From Squalus acanthias (taxonomy: Eukaryota), in NCBI GenBank assembly GCA_030390025.1, contig JASTWF010000036.1, forward strand, positions 1,984,001 through 2,048,000: DNA of 64,000 bases, read 5' to 3'. A program made the position numbers and the translations under genes. The notes beneath the pieces were generated by a model, which was given only the letters and a program-made list of their open reading frames with translations, had not been told where the DNA came from and did no database searches. Of this stretch, positions 1 to 13,006 are shown in pieces (positions within the stretch are counted from its first letter, which is position 1; every line of letters starts with the position of its first letter).

Positions 1-742
1 GGGAGGGTTGTAGGGAGCTGGAGGAGGTTACAGAGATAGGGAGGGTTGTAGGGGGCTGGAGGAGGTTACAGAGATAGGGAGGGTTGTAGGGGGCTGGAGG
101 AGGTTACAGAGATAGGGAGGGTTGTAGGGGGCTGGAGGAGGTTACAGAGATAGGGAGGGTTGTAGGGGGCTGGAGGAGGTTACAGAGATAGGGAGGGTTG
201 TAGGGGGCTGGAGGAGGTTACAGAGATAGGGAGGGTTGTAGGGGGCTGGAGGAGGTTACAGAGATAGGGAGGGTTGTAGGGGCTGGAGGAGGTTACAGAG
301 ATAGGGAGGGTTGTAGGGGCTGGAGGAGGTTACAGAGATAGTGAGGGTGGTCGGGGCTGGAGGAGGTTACAGAGATAGGGAGGGTTGTCGGGGGCTGGAG
401 GAGGTTACAGAGATAGGGAGGGTTGTAGGGGGCTGGAGGAGGTTGCAGAGATAGGGAGGGTTGTAGGGGGCTGGAGGAGGTTAGAGAGATAGGGAAGGTT
501 GCAGGGGGCTGGAGGAGGTTGCAGAGATAGGGAGGGTTGTAGGGGGCTGGAGGAGGTTACAGAGATAGGGAGGGTTGTAGAGGCTGGAGGAGGTTACAGA
601 GATCGGGAGGGTTGTAGGGGGCTGGAGGAGGTTACAGAGATTGGGAGGGTTGTAGGGGGCTGGAGGAGGTTACAGAGATTGGGAGGGTTGTAGGGGGCTG
701 GAGGAGGTTACAGAGATAGGGAGGGGCGAGGCCATGGAGGGA
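1..742 (-). repeat. 38-bp minisatellite (~19 copies; runs off window start) derived from an L2 LINE 3' coding segment
   Basis: Unit gggagggttgtagggggctggaggaggttacagagata. The reverse complement matches the single-copy L2 segment at ~3411-3446 and continues into LHGLAPP-coding sequence at 721-742. Confidence 0.9.
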
Positions 743-977
743 GCAGTTAAAATGGCCCAGGTTACTTACCCACCCTGGAGATACTGGGAGCTGACCGTTC
801 CCGATTTTAACCGGCATTGTTGAACAGGCAGCAAGGCTACCCCACCCCTCAAAGCCAGTGAGGTCCTTTTTTAACATATTCAAACGAATACAGCGGGCAA
901 GAGAATCGAGGCCAGAAGAGGCCCAAGGAAGTATGTTTTTTTTACTTTCCTCAGGGGGCCAGGAGGAGCAGGAACTG

Positions 978-1140
978 GTCATGACCTCATTTGCTGTTTG
1001 TGGGATCTTGCTGTGTGCAAATTGGCGGCTGCGTTTCCCTACCTTACAACACTCACTGCACTTCAAAATAATCCCTTGGCTGTGAAGTGCCGTGGAACAG
1101 CCTGAGGATGTGACAGGTGCGATACAATTCAAATTCTTTC
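978..1140 (+). mobile_element. Deu-SINE 3' fragment (degenerate)
   Basis: ttgctgtttgtgggatcttgctgtgtgcaaattggc matches the SINE at 4406-4880. Confidence 0.7.
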
Positions 1141-1153
1141 TTAATAAGTCACA

Positions 1154-1288
1154 GGCCTGGAAAAATGGTCTGGGGCGGTGTCGTTATACGCAGCGCCTGA
1201 GATTCAGTTCCATGAAATGTGTAACGGGCGGCCGATCCGATCCGATCCCGCCCGTTTGGCACCATCGCCCAAGACCAATTTCTAGGCC
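1154..1288. mobile_element. 135-bp MITE, PIF/Harbinger-like
   Basis: TIRs ggcctggaaaaatggtctggggcggtg / caccatcgcccaagaccaatttctaggcc; 3-bp TSD aca (1151-1153, 1289-1291). Confidence 0.7.
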
Positions 1289-1691
1289 ACAGAATTCGAA
1301 TTGTCCTTAAATTGTCGATTCTGTTTTCAGATACTGAGGGACCTGCTGTGTACTTCCAGCACTTTCTGTTAATATCGCAGATGCCCAGCATGCTTCCTGT
1401 CTCTTGCGTCTCACTCACCTCACTCCTCTCCTTGATTCGGATCTTGTCAGGCTTGGCTGGTTCAGGCCAGTTCAGACTTCAGATGACGCGAGCTTCAGGT
1501 AAGTGCAGCACCCGAAATCCTTGCAACTTTTATATCCTGCTTTCCAAAACCATCCAAAGACCCTTCTCGATGACCGTGCTTTTTGGGGGGAAGGGGGCTT
1601 CATCCCGAGATTCTGCTCCCCATTTTCACTCCTGCTTGTCTACCAGCGTTCTCCACACTCGAGAGATGATCCTTGAACAAGGAGAGATGTA

Positions 1692-1832
1692 TCACATGAG
1701 GGAGAAAGGAATAGAAGGATATGCTGATGTGGTGAGATGAAGAGGGGTGGGAGGAGGCTCGAGTGGAGCAGAAACACCAGCATAGACCCGTTGGGCCGAA
1801 CGGCCTGTTCCTGGGCTGTAAATACTGTGTAA
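1692..1832 (+). mobile_element. CR1 LINE 3' end fragment
   Basis: MREKGIEGY coding end plus ttgggccgaacggcctg tail, as in 14215-14357. Confidence 0.75.
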
Positions 1833-3399
1833 AGTCGATGTAAGCTTCAGGTATCTTGAGCTAAACTATTGAAGGTTAAATGCTTGCATTGCTGTTATGC
1901 CAACGTGTTGTGCCCAGCCCTTGCTCTTAAAAATAAACACAGCTCCATATGTTTACGAGGGTTTTGGTGTCACTTCTGCCAATCAGAGATGTGACTGGGA
2001 TGTGAGTTTGCAGCCAAGATCCTTTTAGCTTAAATGACATATTGTGCATCAAAGTGCAGGGGAATGGAACGCTCCAACTTCAGGTGTTAGCATCAAGCAC
2101 TCCAGGTTAGATCCAGAATGGTTGGATGCTGAGTAAAGCTGCCTGTTCCCCATTTCAAACGAGCACTCCCCTCACCCATCTTCGCCCCCCTCACCCCACC
2201 ATGACCCCTCACCCTTTCTCAAGCGCCCTCGCCACTCCCTCGTCCCCTCGCCCCTCTCACCCCACCAGGACCACCCCCCTCCTCTCACGCTCCCCTCGCA
2301 CCCGCCTCACCCCCTTGGAGTCGACCAGCCTGGACATTCTCTCACATGGAGGAAGTAAGGAAAGATGAAGCAGCAGGTCTCAACCAACTTGTAGGCTCGG
2401 TGCCACCTTGCTCTTTTGTCTTGTCCCTTTCTCACTCACTCCCACACAAGGCATACGCAGAAACACACAAACAACACACACAGGATCGTGGCATGCGGGC
2501 TCTGTTGGAAGCTGCTTATTGAAGCCAGCATTCTGACACCTGCTCCTTTTCTATCTCTGACTCAGAAACTACCACTGAGCCAAGGCTGACACCTCAGGCT
2601 TGTGTGATGCCTGCAGGTACCTCAAGGCAAGCTCTTGTCCTCGTGTTTTGTTACTCGCCTCCCACAGATTCCAGTTCTGTGATGAGTGTGGTCAAACATT
2701 AAATCCAATTTATATTTCTTTCTCAGAATAAAAGAATAGGACACAGAGAGAACACAGCGTGCTGGAGCTCTATCCAGAAGCCTTGAATTCTTATTTGTTT
2801 TAATGCTGATTTGGCAACGGTCTGAGACTAGAAGCACCTTACCACGGAGCTGCAATGAAGGCATTCCTCCCCCCCACAACCTATCATTCTCCTTTCCAAA
2901 CCAGAATGCGAGATCTTGAATCTACAAAAAGCATAGAATGCGAAAAGGCCACAATGCCCGATGTCAGTGTTCCAGTTTGAAGGCCTCACCAGATAGTTCT
3001 CATGTGCTCGGTGCCTAAAGCCACGCCCATATATGGGCCCTTGCTCCCTATGAACGAATGGGTGACTATGTCCACGATACTGGGCAAAGTAGCATTGTTT
3101 CAGCGTCCACTAGAAACCCTCATTACTGAGACTGGCTGACTGCAAATGGTAGGTGCCCACGCCTGTACTCCTTGCATTCTGATGGTAGAAGAATAAATAC
3201 CACCAGACCATGCAACATAGGCTATAAACCACAATCAGGTTTGTTGAAAGTAAAAATTAAGCAGCAGCAGAAAGTCAATGCAGCAAGCCTCACTTGACTG
3301 CAGAGCATTTAACTTCCACATCCATGGATATATACGAGACACTTTGCTAACTCTCTTAATACAGAAGCCTGGACCCGTCTCTGTAACAGAAACTTATAT

Positions 3400-3745
3400 T
3401 GCCCCGGCTCCCTATCTCTGTAACCTCCTCCAGCCCTACAACCCTCCGTGATCTCTGCGCTCCTCCAATTCTGGCCTCTTGAGCATCCCCGATTTAATCG
3501 TCCCATCATTGGCAGCCGTGCCTTCAGCTGCCTGGGCCCCAAGCTCTGGAATTCCCTCCCTAAACCTCTCCGCCTCGCTACCTCTCCTCCTTAAAACCTC
3601 CCTCTGTGACCAAGCTTTTGGTCACTTGTCCTAATATCTCCTTGGGTGGCTCGGTGTCAAATTTTGTTCGATAATCGCTCCTGTGAAGCACCTGGGGACA
3701 TTGTACTACGTTAAAGGCGCTAGATAAATGCACAGGTTATTGTTG
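3400..3745 (+). mobile_element. L2-clade LINE 3' fragment
   Basis: Matches 42920-43285 (YLCNLLQ...KLWNSLP and the aaaggcgctagataaatgca tail). Confidence 0.8.
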
Positions 3746-4405
3746 GGATGAAAGATAAAATCTTTAATTTGAAAAAAGGGGGAAAGAAAATCAAGAAACG
3801 GAAATACAAAATTGCAGATTTAATGTCAGTGAACAGTCAACAAGATAATGATGCAAGCTATTCTGGGGCTGCTTGGTGCAAAATGTCAGAAACAAAACAT
3901 ACTCTTTTCTAAATGATTTACACTGCAGGATATATTTTCCATTTGCAGCTTAGTGCAGTTAGCCCCAGAGGATACTTTAAAAACGGCCGGAAACACAGCA
4001 CCATTGCTGTGCTTGAATGAAGGAGAATCAATGCAGAGTGTCCCTGGGTCCCTGGGAGATTGCTTAAAACATGGTTTGCACGACACAGAGTGAGTGAACA
4101 GCCGTCCAGAACACCTCTCACCCCCGGGAGAACGGTGACCTGTCAGTGGAGATTAAATCTGAATACACTGCCTCAGATCACTGAAAGCTTTGTTAGGCTA
4201 AATGAAGACAATGAATAGTGTTGCGGGGACATTGTGCCCTGCAGGCTGCCCTCTTTCTGCTCCATCAGCGACACAGCGTAATGCTGTAAAAGGTTACCCA
4301 TCGCTACACCGAAATGAATTGTCGGCACAAACACGCTTTTACAATCAAGAACAAACACTCTAGCCAGAGACAGAAGAAAAAGTCAAGAATGTGAAAAGGC
4401 CATTC

Positions 4406-4880
4406 AGTCAGCCGTGGCTCAGTTATTAGCACCCTCACCTCGGAGTCAGAAGGTCGTGGGTTCAAGTCCCGCTCCAGGGACCTGAGCACAAAATCCAGGC
4501 TGACACTCCAGTGCAGTGCTGAGGGAGCGCTGCCCTGTCGGAGGTGCCGTCTTTCGGATGAGACGTTAAACCGAGGCCCCGTCTGCTCTCTCAGGTGGAT
4601 GTAAAAGATCCCATGGCGCTATTTCAAAGAAGAGCAGGGGAGTTCTCCCCGGTGTCCTGGCCAATGTTTATCCCTCAACAAACATCACTAAAACAGATGA
4701 TCTGGTTATTGTCACATTGCTGTTTGTGGGAGCTTGCTGTGCGCAAACTGGCTGCTGCGTTTCCCACATTACAACAGTGACTACACTTCAAAAGTACTTC
4801 ATTGGCTGTAAAGCACTTTGAGACGTCCGGTGGTCGTGACAGGCGCTATAGAAATGCAAGCCTTTCTTTCTTTCTTCTTT
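4406..4880 (+). mobile_element. Full-length tRNA-derived Deu-SINE (SacSINE1-like)
   Basis: A/B boxes (tggctcagtt, ggttcaagtcc), Deu-domain-like core cggatgagacgttaaaccgagg...aaagatcccatggc...ggtgtcctggccaa, L2-like tail and (tttc)n. Confidence 0.85.
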
Positions 4881-5024
4881 CTCTGAAGTTCGGGCCTCCA
4901 ATCCTCTTAAAAGATCTCACCCATTCTCATATCGAACCGCTTTTTGAGTCTCTTTAAGATCTTTGGATGTGAAATTCCCAGTGTGGGAAAGGACGCAAAA
5001 ACAGGCAGATCAGGGGACAGCAAT

Positions 5025-6120
5025 CTGGGGCTGAACTCTGATCCGCTGGATTTCCGCTCCACCCCAAATTTCGGTAAGGGGTGGGGAGCGTGTGACTCTT
5101 CCAGCCGCTCCCTTTCCGTTTAGCGGAGACTTTGGGGCCATGTCTGGGGGTTTCTGGGCTACCATGGCAATTCCTGTCCACCCGGTACGTCACCTGATGG
5201 GGTCAGCAGGACCTCCGCCACCTGAGAGCTCGCAGGGATCCCGTACTGGGCCTTGGGAAAGGGCCCAAGAAAAAGCGAATGAATCTCAGAGAGGATCAAG
5301 ACTACCTTTAATAAGATGCCCCTTTGCTCCCTTAGGAGCAGAAGAAAACGTACTTGGCTTGTTTCTTCAGCCCTCCCTGGGCCTTGGAGTCCCCTTGGGG
5401 CCGCAGCAGGGTGTTGTTCCAACTACCACTGGCACGGTGGAGCAGGCAGCGATACCTCACCTTTACCTGCCTTACCGTGGAAATGACCCCCACAATTTGC
5501 AATGGGGTCAACGTCTGGCTCAGTGGACCCTGAAATTTCAGGGCTTTTACACTTCCTGCACCTCGCGTTGAAACCAAGGCCCCGATTTTAACTCCCCACG
5601 CCTGGCGGAAATCGGGCGGGAAGGGGGGGGGGGGGAGGTGGGGGTGAGCAGTTAAAATGAGAGGAACAACTTACCCCCTCCGATCCCGAGGCCTTCCCGA
5701 CGGATCCGTGAATTAACCCGCTCCTTTGAGCGGGCGAGCGGGACTGCCGCAGGAAGGCAGCGGGATCCTAGTTTAAAGATGCAGACCGGGTCCCCATGAC
5801 GTCATGGGGACCCGATCTACAATTTTAGTTGGAGGCCCAAGCGGGGTGGGGGAGGGGAGCAGTGACGACTTCCCCGTCAGACAAACCTGTCCGGAGGTAG
5901 GGGGGCGGGGACAGAGGTCGTGGGTCAGAAGAGGCCAAGGCAGGTATTTATTTTTTGGTTACCTTGTGGGCTAGGAGGAGCAGGAGTGCTTCCCTAGGCC
6001 TCACACGGAAGCCTTGGACCTCCCTTACCCAGGGCTTCCCACACCGATCGTGTTCGCCCCGCCGCCTCCCCCATCCTTTTACCAATTACCTGACTGTCAG
6101 GGACCGATCCCACGGGTCAC
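5025..6120. mobile_element. GC-rich non-autonomous DNA-transposon remnants (one or two Harbinger-like MITEs)
   Basis: Terminal-like motifs ggggctgaactc, gaaatttcagggc, ggccccgattttaac; internal motifs shared with 745-970 and 15057-15755. Boundaries uncertain. Confidence 0.4.
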
Positions 6121-6714
6121 TGATAGACATTTAGAAAACAATGTGTTTCTTTCTGTCTCCATGACTACAGACAAATCTGGCTGCGGGGCCTCTAACATTA
6201 GCGCAGGCACAGTTGGGCAAGGCAATACAGTCAATCCTTTGAGACCTCAGTACGGCTACCCTCCCTCAACAGATGAACTGTTAGCGCCTTAGTGTGCGAA
6301 AAGTGCTACTGGTACTGTCTGGCAAATTGTTAAAAGGGCTGCAGATGAATGTGCCACATTCAATATTGAATAACCTTTAGTTGGTTCAACAGGGGACTTA
6401 ATGTTATGGAACGTTGGAGAATTTTATAAAAGGTAAGCGTCGGGAGTGTAATTATCAGCCAGACAGTTGAAGAGGAAGTTATGTTGTACGACTCCTTTGT
6501 TGTCAATACGTCATTTCGAATAGTTGGCCATATTGATGAGAGCTGGGAACTGAAAAGAGGCTTAGATACCATTTCATCTATGTACCAATGAAGGGTTCGT
6601 AGCTCAGTGCTGATGGGAAAAGTAGGTCTATTGCCATCGAAAATTAAAATGACTTTCCATTCCCTTTGGCATTATAAATCGAAACAATCAACCAGGTGAA
6701 CAAGAGGAAAGGCT

Positions 6715-6870
6715 TAAAAACTGAAACAGAAACTACTGCAAGCACATAACAGTCAGACAGTGGAGGAGGACATTCTGGGTGGTGCCCTTCATCAGAACTG
6801 AGGAAGACTCTCACCTGAAACATTCAGTCTTTTCTCTTTCAGATACTGACTGACCTGCTGTGTCATTCCT
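6715..6870. mobile_element. Degenerate palindromic PLE family-2 terminal remnant
   Basis: ttcatcagaac followed by ctgaggaag...cctgaaacatt; decayed version of 60137-60345. Confidence 0.5.
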
Positions 6871-7417
6871 GGTTCTCTCGACCCAAAGGACGACCCTTAG
6901 GTTCCATAAAGATTTCAAACTGTGGCGTAAAAAAGCCAGCTGGCATTAAACAGATCCACTGAGGTATAGACTAGGCTTGTATTCCCTTTGAGTATCGAAG
7001 ATTAAGGGAGGATCTATTTGAAGTATTTAAGATGGGGTGACCTGATGCAAGTCTTTAAGGTAATGGGCTGAATTTTCCGAGGTGGTAGCGGGCAAGATCG
7101 GTGGCGGGTCAGGTGGTAAAGTTGTTATTTTTGACAGCAGGTCAGGAACTCGCTGAGATCTCGCTCCCACGCGTCTTTCCCACAGGCGCGTCTGTCATCG
7201 ACCAGCAGGGGACCCAATTAAGATCATTATCAAGTAGTTGACAGGCACTTAAGAGCCTTTTTTCACTTACTTTTTTAATTTCCCTGCATGGCCACGGGAT
7301 TCACACAGCTCGGGAACCACATCTGTCAACCTGAGGTGGGAGTTCCGTGGCCATTGCTCCAGCTGATTACTTGACAGCATGGAAAACAAACCAAAATAAA
7401 AACATGTTGAATACATC

Positions 7418-7865
7418 AGGGCAACACGGTGGCATAGTGGTTAGCACTGGTGCCTCACAGCGCCAGGGACCTGCGTTCGAATCCGGCCTCGGGTGACTGT
7501 CTGTGTGGAGTTTGCACATTCTCCCCGTGTCTGCGTGGGTTTCCTCCGGGTGCTCCGGTTTCCTCCCACAGTCCAAAAATGTGCGGGTTAGGTTGATTTG
7601 GCTATGATAAATTGACCCTTAGTGTTAGGGGGGGATTAAATATGTGGGGTTACGGGGATAGGATGGGATATGTTAGGGGGAATTAAATACGTGGGGTTAC
7701 GGGGATAGGGTGGGATATGTGTCGGTGCAGGCTCGATGGGGATTCTGTGTGAGAAAGCAGGGACAGGGTACTGGATTTGGATGATCAGCCATGATCGTAT
7801 TGAATGGTGGAGCAGGCTCGACGGGCCGAATGGCCTACTCCTGCTCCTAGTTTCTATGTTTCTAT
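7418..7865 (+). mobile_element. HE1-like V-SINE
   Basis: tRNA head (tggcatagtgg, gttcgaatcc), V-domain tgtgtggagtttgcacattctccccgtgtctgcgtgggtttcctccgggtgctccggtttcctcccaca, CR1/HER1-type tail. Confidence 0.85.
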
Positions 7866-8399
7866 CAGCTAACAGATTGATGGAGATTCTGTTCTACTTG
7901 AAAAGCTACTGGTAAATGTTAATTCAGAAATTCCTGAAGGGATGTAAGTGCTACCCTGGATGGTGAGGGAAATACATTTTTCACTGGCCATTCTCGGCTG
8001 TTGCCTTCCAACTCAACAGTAATTTCAGTGAATTGATCTGCACTATAAAAAATGACGTACCATTTAAATAAATGTTTGTGTTGTTTCTGGTCAGGTTTTT
8101 CTCTCAGTATACTGTGATTGTCCAGTTACACATTAAATCAAGTCATCAACCATAACAATTTCATTCTCATCACTCATTCCACTGGTTCAATTTGCTTTCA
8201 GTCCCTGAATATAATTAGTTTAATTTCTCAGTCTGAGACTTTAGGGTGAATTTCTGCGGAGGTTCTCTCACTTGTCCATTGTTAACTTCAACGGAAGAGC
8301 TACAGAAATCCCAGAGACACATTGTAAGCACCACTTACACTGTTTGCCAGGGATTCCGCAGCTCTTCCGCTGAACTTGCATAAGATTGTAAAAAAAAAT

Positions 8400-8806
8400 G
8401 TAAATTCATTCACAGGACGTGGGCGTCGCCGGTAATTTATTGCCCATCCCTCATTGCCCTCGAGAAGGTGGTGGTGAGCCGCCTTCTTGAATACAACTGA
8501 ATGGCTTGCTAGGCAGTTAAGAGTCAACCACATTGCTGTGGATCTGGAGTCACATATAGGCCAGACCAGGAAAAGATGGCCAATTTCCTTCCCTAAAGGG
8601 CATTAGTGAACCAAGATGGGTTTTTACAACAATCCAGTAGTTTCACAGTCACCATTCCTGATACTAGCTTTTTATTACATGTTTATTTTTAATTGAATTT
8701 AAATTCCAGCATTGCCATGGTGGGATTTGAACTCATGTCATTCTGGATCATTAATCCAGGACTCCATGGATTACTAGTCCAGTAACATAACCACTATGCT
8801 ACCGTG
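8400..8806 (-). mobile_element. tRNA-derived SINE whose tail matches the LINE end at 41670-41900
   Basis: Minus-strand head tagcatagtgg...gagttcaaatcc; tail ttcaagaaggcggctcaccacc...gatgggcaataaat. Confidence 0.75.
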
Positions 8807-10805
8807 CAATTACATGTAAAATCTGCTTAATTTTATGTATTACCTATACACACACATCTTTTATTTGTACCAGTTACTGATACAAAAGTCTATAGATTTG
8901 TGACTAAAGCACCAATAACTTCCCAATTAATGTACTTTTTAAATTATGTTCTTGATCGTATTTGTAGATGGTGTTATATTACTTAATGATATTATTTAAA
9001 TATTTCTTTGTCACTCATATATAACTTTTATTATGTTATTGTAGAGTAAAGATTCAGCTCTCATTATGCTAGATTAAACTTCAAATTTAATGTGGCCAGG
9101 GTCCCTTTAAGGATCCCGGCTTAAAACACGTCATGAGTGACTTCACCAGACCCGCTCCATCTCATTGGGCTGGGTAACGCGCTGGGTGGGCTTAAGAACA
9201 TAAGAACATAAGAATTAGGAGCAGGAGTTGGCCATTCGGCCCTTCGAGCCTGCTCCGCCATTCAATGAGATCATGGCTGATCTTCTGCCTCAACTCCATT
9301 CACCAGCCCCATCGCCATATCCCTTGATGCCCTTACTAGTCAGAAATCTATCGACTTCTGTTTTGAATATACCCAATGACTGAGCCTCCACAGCCCTCTG
9401 GGGTAGAGAATTCCAAAGATTCACCACCCTCTGTGTGAAGAACTTTCTTCTCAGCTCAGTCCTGAATGGCCTACCCTTTATCCTGAGACTGTGGCCCCTG
9501 GTTCTAGACTCCCCAGCCAAGGGAAACATTCTCCCAGCATCCACTCTATCAAGCCCTGTAATAATTTTGTATGCTTCAATGAGATCTCCTCTCATTCTTC
9601 TGAATTCAAGAGAATACAGGCCTAGTTTACTCAATCTCTTCTCGTACGACAGTCCCGCCATCCCAGGAATCAATCTCGTGAACCTTCATTGCACTCCCTC
9701 TATGGCAAGTATATCTTTCCTTAGGTAAGGAGACCAAAATTGTACACAGTACTCCAGGTGTGGTCTCACCAAGGTCCTATATAATTGGAGTAAGACTTCT
9801 TTACTCCTGTACTCAAATCCTCTTGTAATGAAGGCCAGCATACCATTTGCCTTCCTAATGGCTTGCTGCACCTGCACATTGACTTTCAGTGACTCATGTA
9901 CAAGGACACCCAGGTCCCTTTGAGCATCTGCATTCCCCAATCTTTCACCATTTAGGAAATACTCTGCCTTTCTGTTTTTTCTACCAAAGTGGATAACTTC
10001 ACATTTATTCACATTATAATCCATCTGCCATGTTCTCGCCCACTCACTGAGCCTGTCGAGATCCCCTTGAAGCCTCTTCACATCCTCTTCGCAACTGACA
10101 CTGCCACCTAGCTTTGTATCATCAGCAAATTTGGAAATGTTACATTTAGTCCCCTCATCCAAATCATCGATATAGATTGTGAATAGCTGGGGCCCAAGCA
10201 CCGATCCTTGCGGTACCCCACTAGTCACAGCCTGCCATCCTGAAAAAGACCCGTTTATCCCTACTCTTTGTTTTCTGTCTGTTAACCAATTCTCAATCCA
10301 TGCTAATATATTACCCCCAATTCTATGTGCCCTAATTTTGTTCACCAACCTCTTGTGTGGGACCTTATCGAAGGCCTTCTGAAAATCCAGATACACCACA
10401 TCTACCGGTTCCCCTTTGTCTACTCCACTAGTTACATCCTCAAAGAACTCCAATAGGTTTGTCAAACAGGATTTCCCTTTCATAAATCCATGTTGACTCT
10501 GCCCAATCTTACTATTAGTTTCTAAGTGTCCAGTTATTGCATCCTTTATAATAGATTCCAGCATTTTCCCAACTACTGATGTGAGGCTAACAGATCTGTA
10601 GTTCCCTGTTTTCTCTCTCCCTCCTTTCTTAGGAATTCATCAGGAGAATGAGGATCCGGGAATACTACCACAAATCCCAAGATGTCAGCAACATTCCTAA
10701 TGAGACAATCAATGATCCGGAACAGCAGACAGAGGGAACCGCAGTGCTACAACCGAGGAAGAGTCAAATTGGACCCCTCCGGAGGGTCGCAGCCCTAAGC
10801 TTGAC

Positions 10806-12740
10806 ATGTACGCTCAAGCTGTCAGGAAATGCATCAACGCCAGATTCATCAGCCGCACTCACAAGACAGTCCAGAATGTCACCCGAGCACAACGCAACGC
10901 CATCCATGCTCTCAAGACCAACCGCAACATCGTCATCAAACCAGCGGACAAAGGAGGAGCCATCGTCATACAGAACAGAATGGACTATTGCAAAGAAGCA
11001 TACCGACAACTGGACAACCAGGAACACTACAGACAGCTACCCGCAGATCCGACCAAAGAACACACCCGCCAACTCAATAGACTGATCAAGACCTTCGATC
11101 CAGACCTTCAAAACATCCTACGCGCTCTCATCCCACGTACTCCCCGCGTAGGAGACTTTTACTGCCTCCCAAAGATACACAAAGCCAACACACCCGGACG
11201 TCCTATCATATCAGGCAACGGAACCCTGTGTGAGAACCTCTCTGGGTACGTCGAGGGCATCCTGAAACCCATCGTACAGGGAACCCCCAGCTTCTGTCGC
11301 GACACTACAGACTTCTTGCAGAAACTCAGCACCCATGGACCAGTTGAACCAGGAACACTCCTCGTCACGATGGACGTATCGGCACTCTACACCAATATCC
11401 CCCACAATGACGGCATCGCTGCGACAGCCTCAGTACTCAACACCAACAACAGCCAATCTCCGGACGCCATCCTACAACTCATCCGCTTCATCCTTGACCA
11501 CAATGTCTTCACCTTCGACAACCATTTTTTTACCCAAACACACGGAACAGCCATGGGGACCAAATTCGCACCCCAATACGCCAACATCTTCATGCACAAG
11601 TTCGAGCAAGACTTCTTCGCTGCACAGGACCTCCAACCAACGCTGTACACCAGATACATCGACGACATCTTCTTCCTTTGGACCCACGGCGAAGGATCAC
11701 TGAAAGGACTACACGATAGCATCAACAGGTTCCATCCCACCATCAAACTCACCATGGACTACTCCTCAGAATCGGTTTCATTCTTGGACACACGAATCTC
11801 CATCAAAGACGGACACCTCAGCACTTCACTCTACCGCAAGCCCACGGACAACCTCACGATGCTCCACTTCTCCAGCTTCCACCCTAACCACGTTAAAGAA
11901 GCCATCCCCTATGGACAAGCCCTGCGAATACACAGGATCTGCTCAGACGAGGAGGAACGCGATGGACACCTACGGACACTGAAAGACGCCCTCGTAAGAA
12001 CGGGATATGACGCTCGACTCGTCGATCGACAGTTCCGACGGGCCACAGCGAAAAACCGCATAGACCTCCTCAGAAGACGAACACGGGACACAACCAACAG
12101 AGTACCCTACGTCGTCCAGTACTTCCCCGGAGCGGAAAAACTACGCCATGTTCTTCGCAGCCTTCAACATGTCATCGATGACGACGAACACCTTGCTAAG
12201 GCCATCCCCACGCCTCCGCTACTCGCCTTCAAGCAGCCGCCTAACCTCAAAAGTACCATCGTTCGCAGCAGATTACCCATCTTTCAGGAGAACAGCAACC
12301 ACGACACCACACAACCCTGCCACGGCAACCTCTGCAAGACATGCCAGATCATGGACACAGATACCATCATCACACATGAGGACACTACCCACCAGGTACA
12401 TGGTACATACTCATGTGACTCGGCCAACGTTGTCTACCTGATACGTTGCAGTAAAGGATGCCCCAGAGCATGGTACATCGGCGAGACCATGCAGACACTG
12501 AGACAACGTATGAACGGACACCGCGCAACAATCGCCAGGCAGGAGGGTTGCCGCCCAGTCGGGGAACACTTCAGCAGTCAGGGGCATTCAGCCTCGGATC
12601 TGCGGGTAAGCGTTCTCCAAGGCGGCCTTCGGGATACACGACAGCGCAAAATCATAGAGCAGAAACTGATAGCCAAGTTCCGCACTCATGAGGATGGCCT
12701 CAATCGCGATATCGGGTTCATGTCACGATACAGAACGTGA
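10806..12740 (+). CDS. PLE reverse transcriptase + GIY-YIG endonuclease (644 aa open; N-terminus frameshifted near 10760 and truncated)
   Basis: LVTMDVSALYTNIP, GTAMGTKFAPQYANIFM, RYIDDIF, Cys-rich linker PCHGNLCKTC, NVVYLIRC...WYIGET...RMNGHR...EHF...E...GLN. Confidence 0.93.
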   Translation: MYAQAVRKCINARFISRTHKTVQNVTRAQRNAIHALKTNRNIVIKPADKGGAIVIQNRMDYCKEAYRQLDNQEHYRQLPADPTKEHTRQLNRLIKTFDPDLQNILRALIPRTPRVGDFYCLPKIHKANTPGRPIISGNGTLCENLSGYVEGILKPIVQGTPSFCRDTTDFLQKLSTHGPVEPGTLLVTMDVSALYTNIPHNDGIAATASVLNTNNSQSPDAILQLIRFILDHNVFTFDNHFFTQTHGTAMGTKFAPQYANIFMHKFEQDFFAAQDLQPTLYTRYIDDIFFLWTHGEGSLKGLHDSINRFHPTIKLTMDYSSESVSFLDTRISIKDGHLSTSLYRKPTDNLTMLHFSSFHPNHVKEAIPYGQALRIHRICSDEEERDGHLRTLKDALVRTGYDARLVDRQFRRATAKNRIDLLRRRTRDTTNRVPYVVQYFPGAEKLRHVLRSLQHVIDDDEHLAKAIPTPPLLAFKQPPNLKSTIVRSRLPIFQENSNHDTTQPCHGNLCKTCQIMDTDTIITHEDTTHQVHGTYSCDSANVVYLIRCSKGCPRAWYIGETMQTLRQRMNGHRATIARQEGCRPVGEHFSSQGHSASDLRVSVLQGGLRDTRQRKIIEQKLIAKFRTHEDGLNRDIGFMSRYRT

Positions 12741-12970
12741 CTTGACATCATGGCCGGTCTTTCCAGGTTTTTAAAAAAAAATACTAACACAAGAACCAAC
12801 ACAAATGGAGAGGATATGCAGCCAGCAGGTGTTTTGACACGTTGGACCCCTTGGGACACATCTCATTGTCTTGGCTGTGCTCTTAGTGTGTCTTTGATGT
12901 AGGGAAAGATTTGAATAGATTTTGTCTGTGTTTATATTGTGAATTCTGGGAGATTCTCTCACAGCTACCC

Positions 12971-13006
12971 TACCTGAAGAAGGAGCGACAGCTCCGAAAG
13001 CTTGTA
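12971..13006 (+). ncRNA. Minimal type-I hammerhead ribozyme motif (PLE family 1)
   Basis: tac-CTGAAGA-a-ggagc(gaca)gctcc-GAA-agct-t-gta. Confidence 0.85.

Noticed and set aside
4406..4480. tRNA-like sequences at SINE heads (also 7418, 8740-8806)
   Set aside because: A/B boxes continue into SINE bodies; these are not standalone tRNA genes.
5092..5571. 159-aa ORF
   Set aside because: No recognisable domain; lies within MITE-like sequence.
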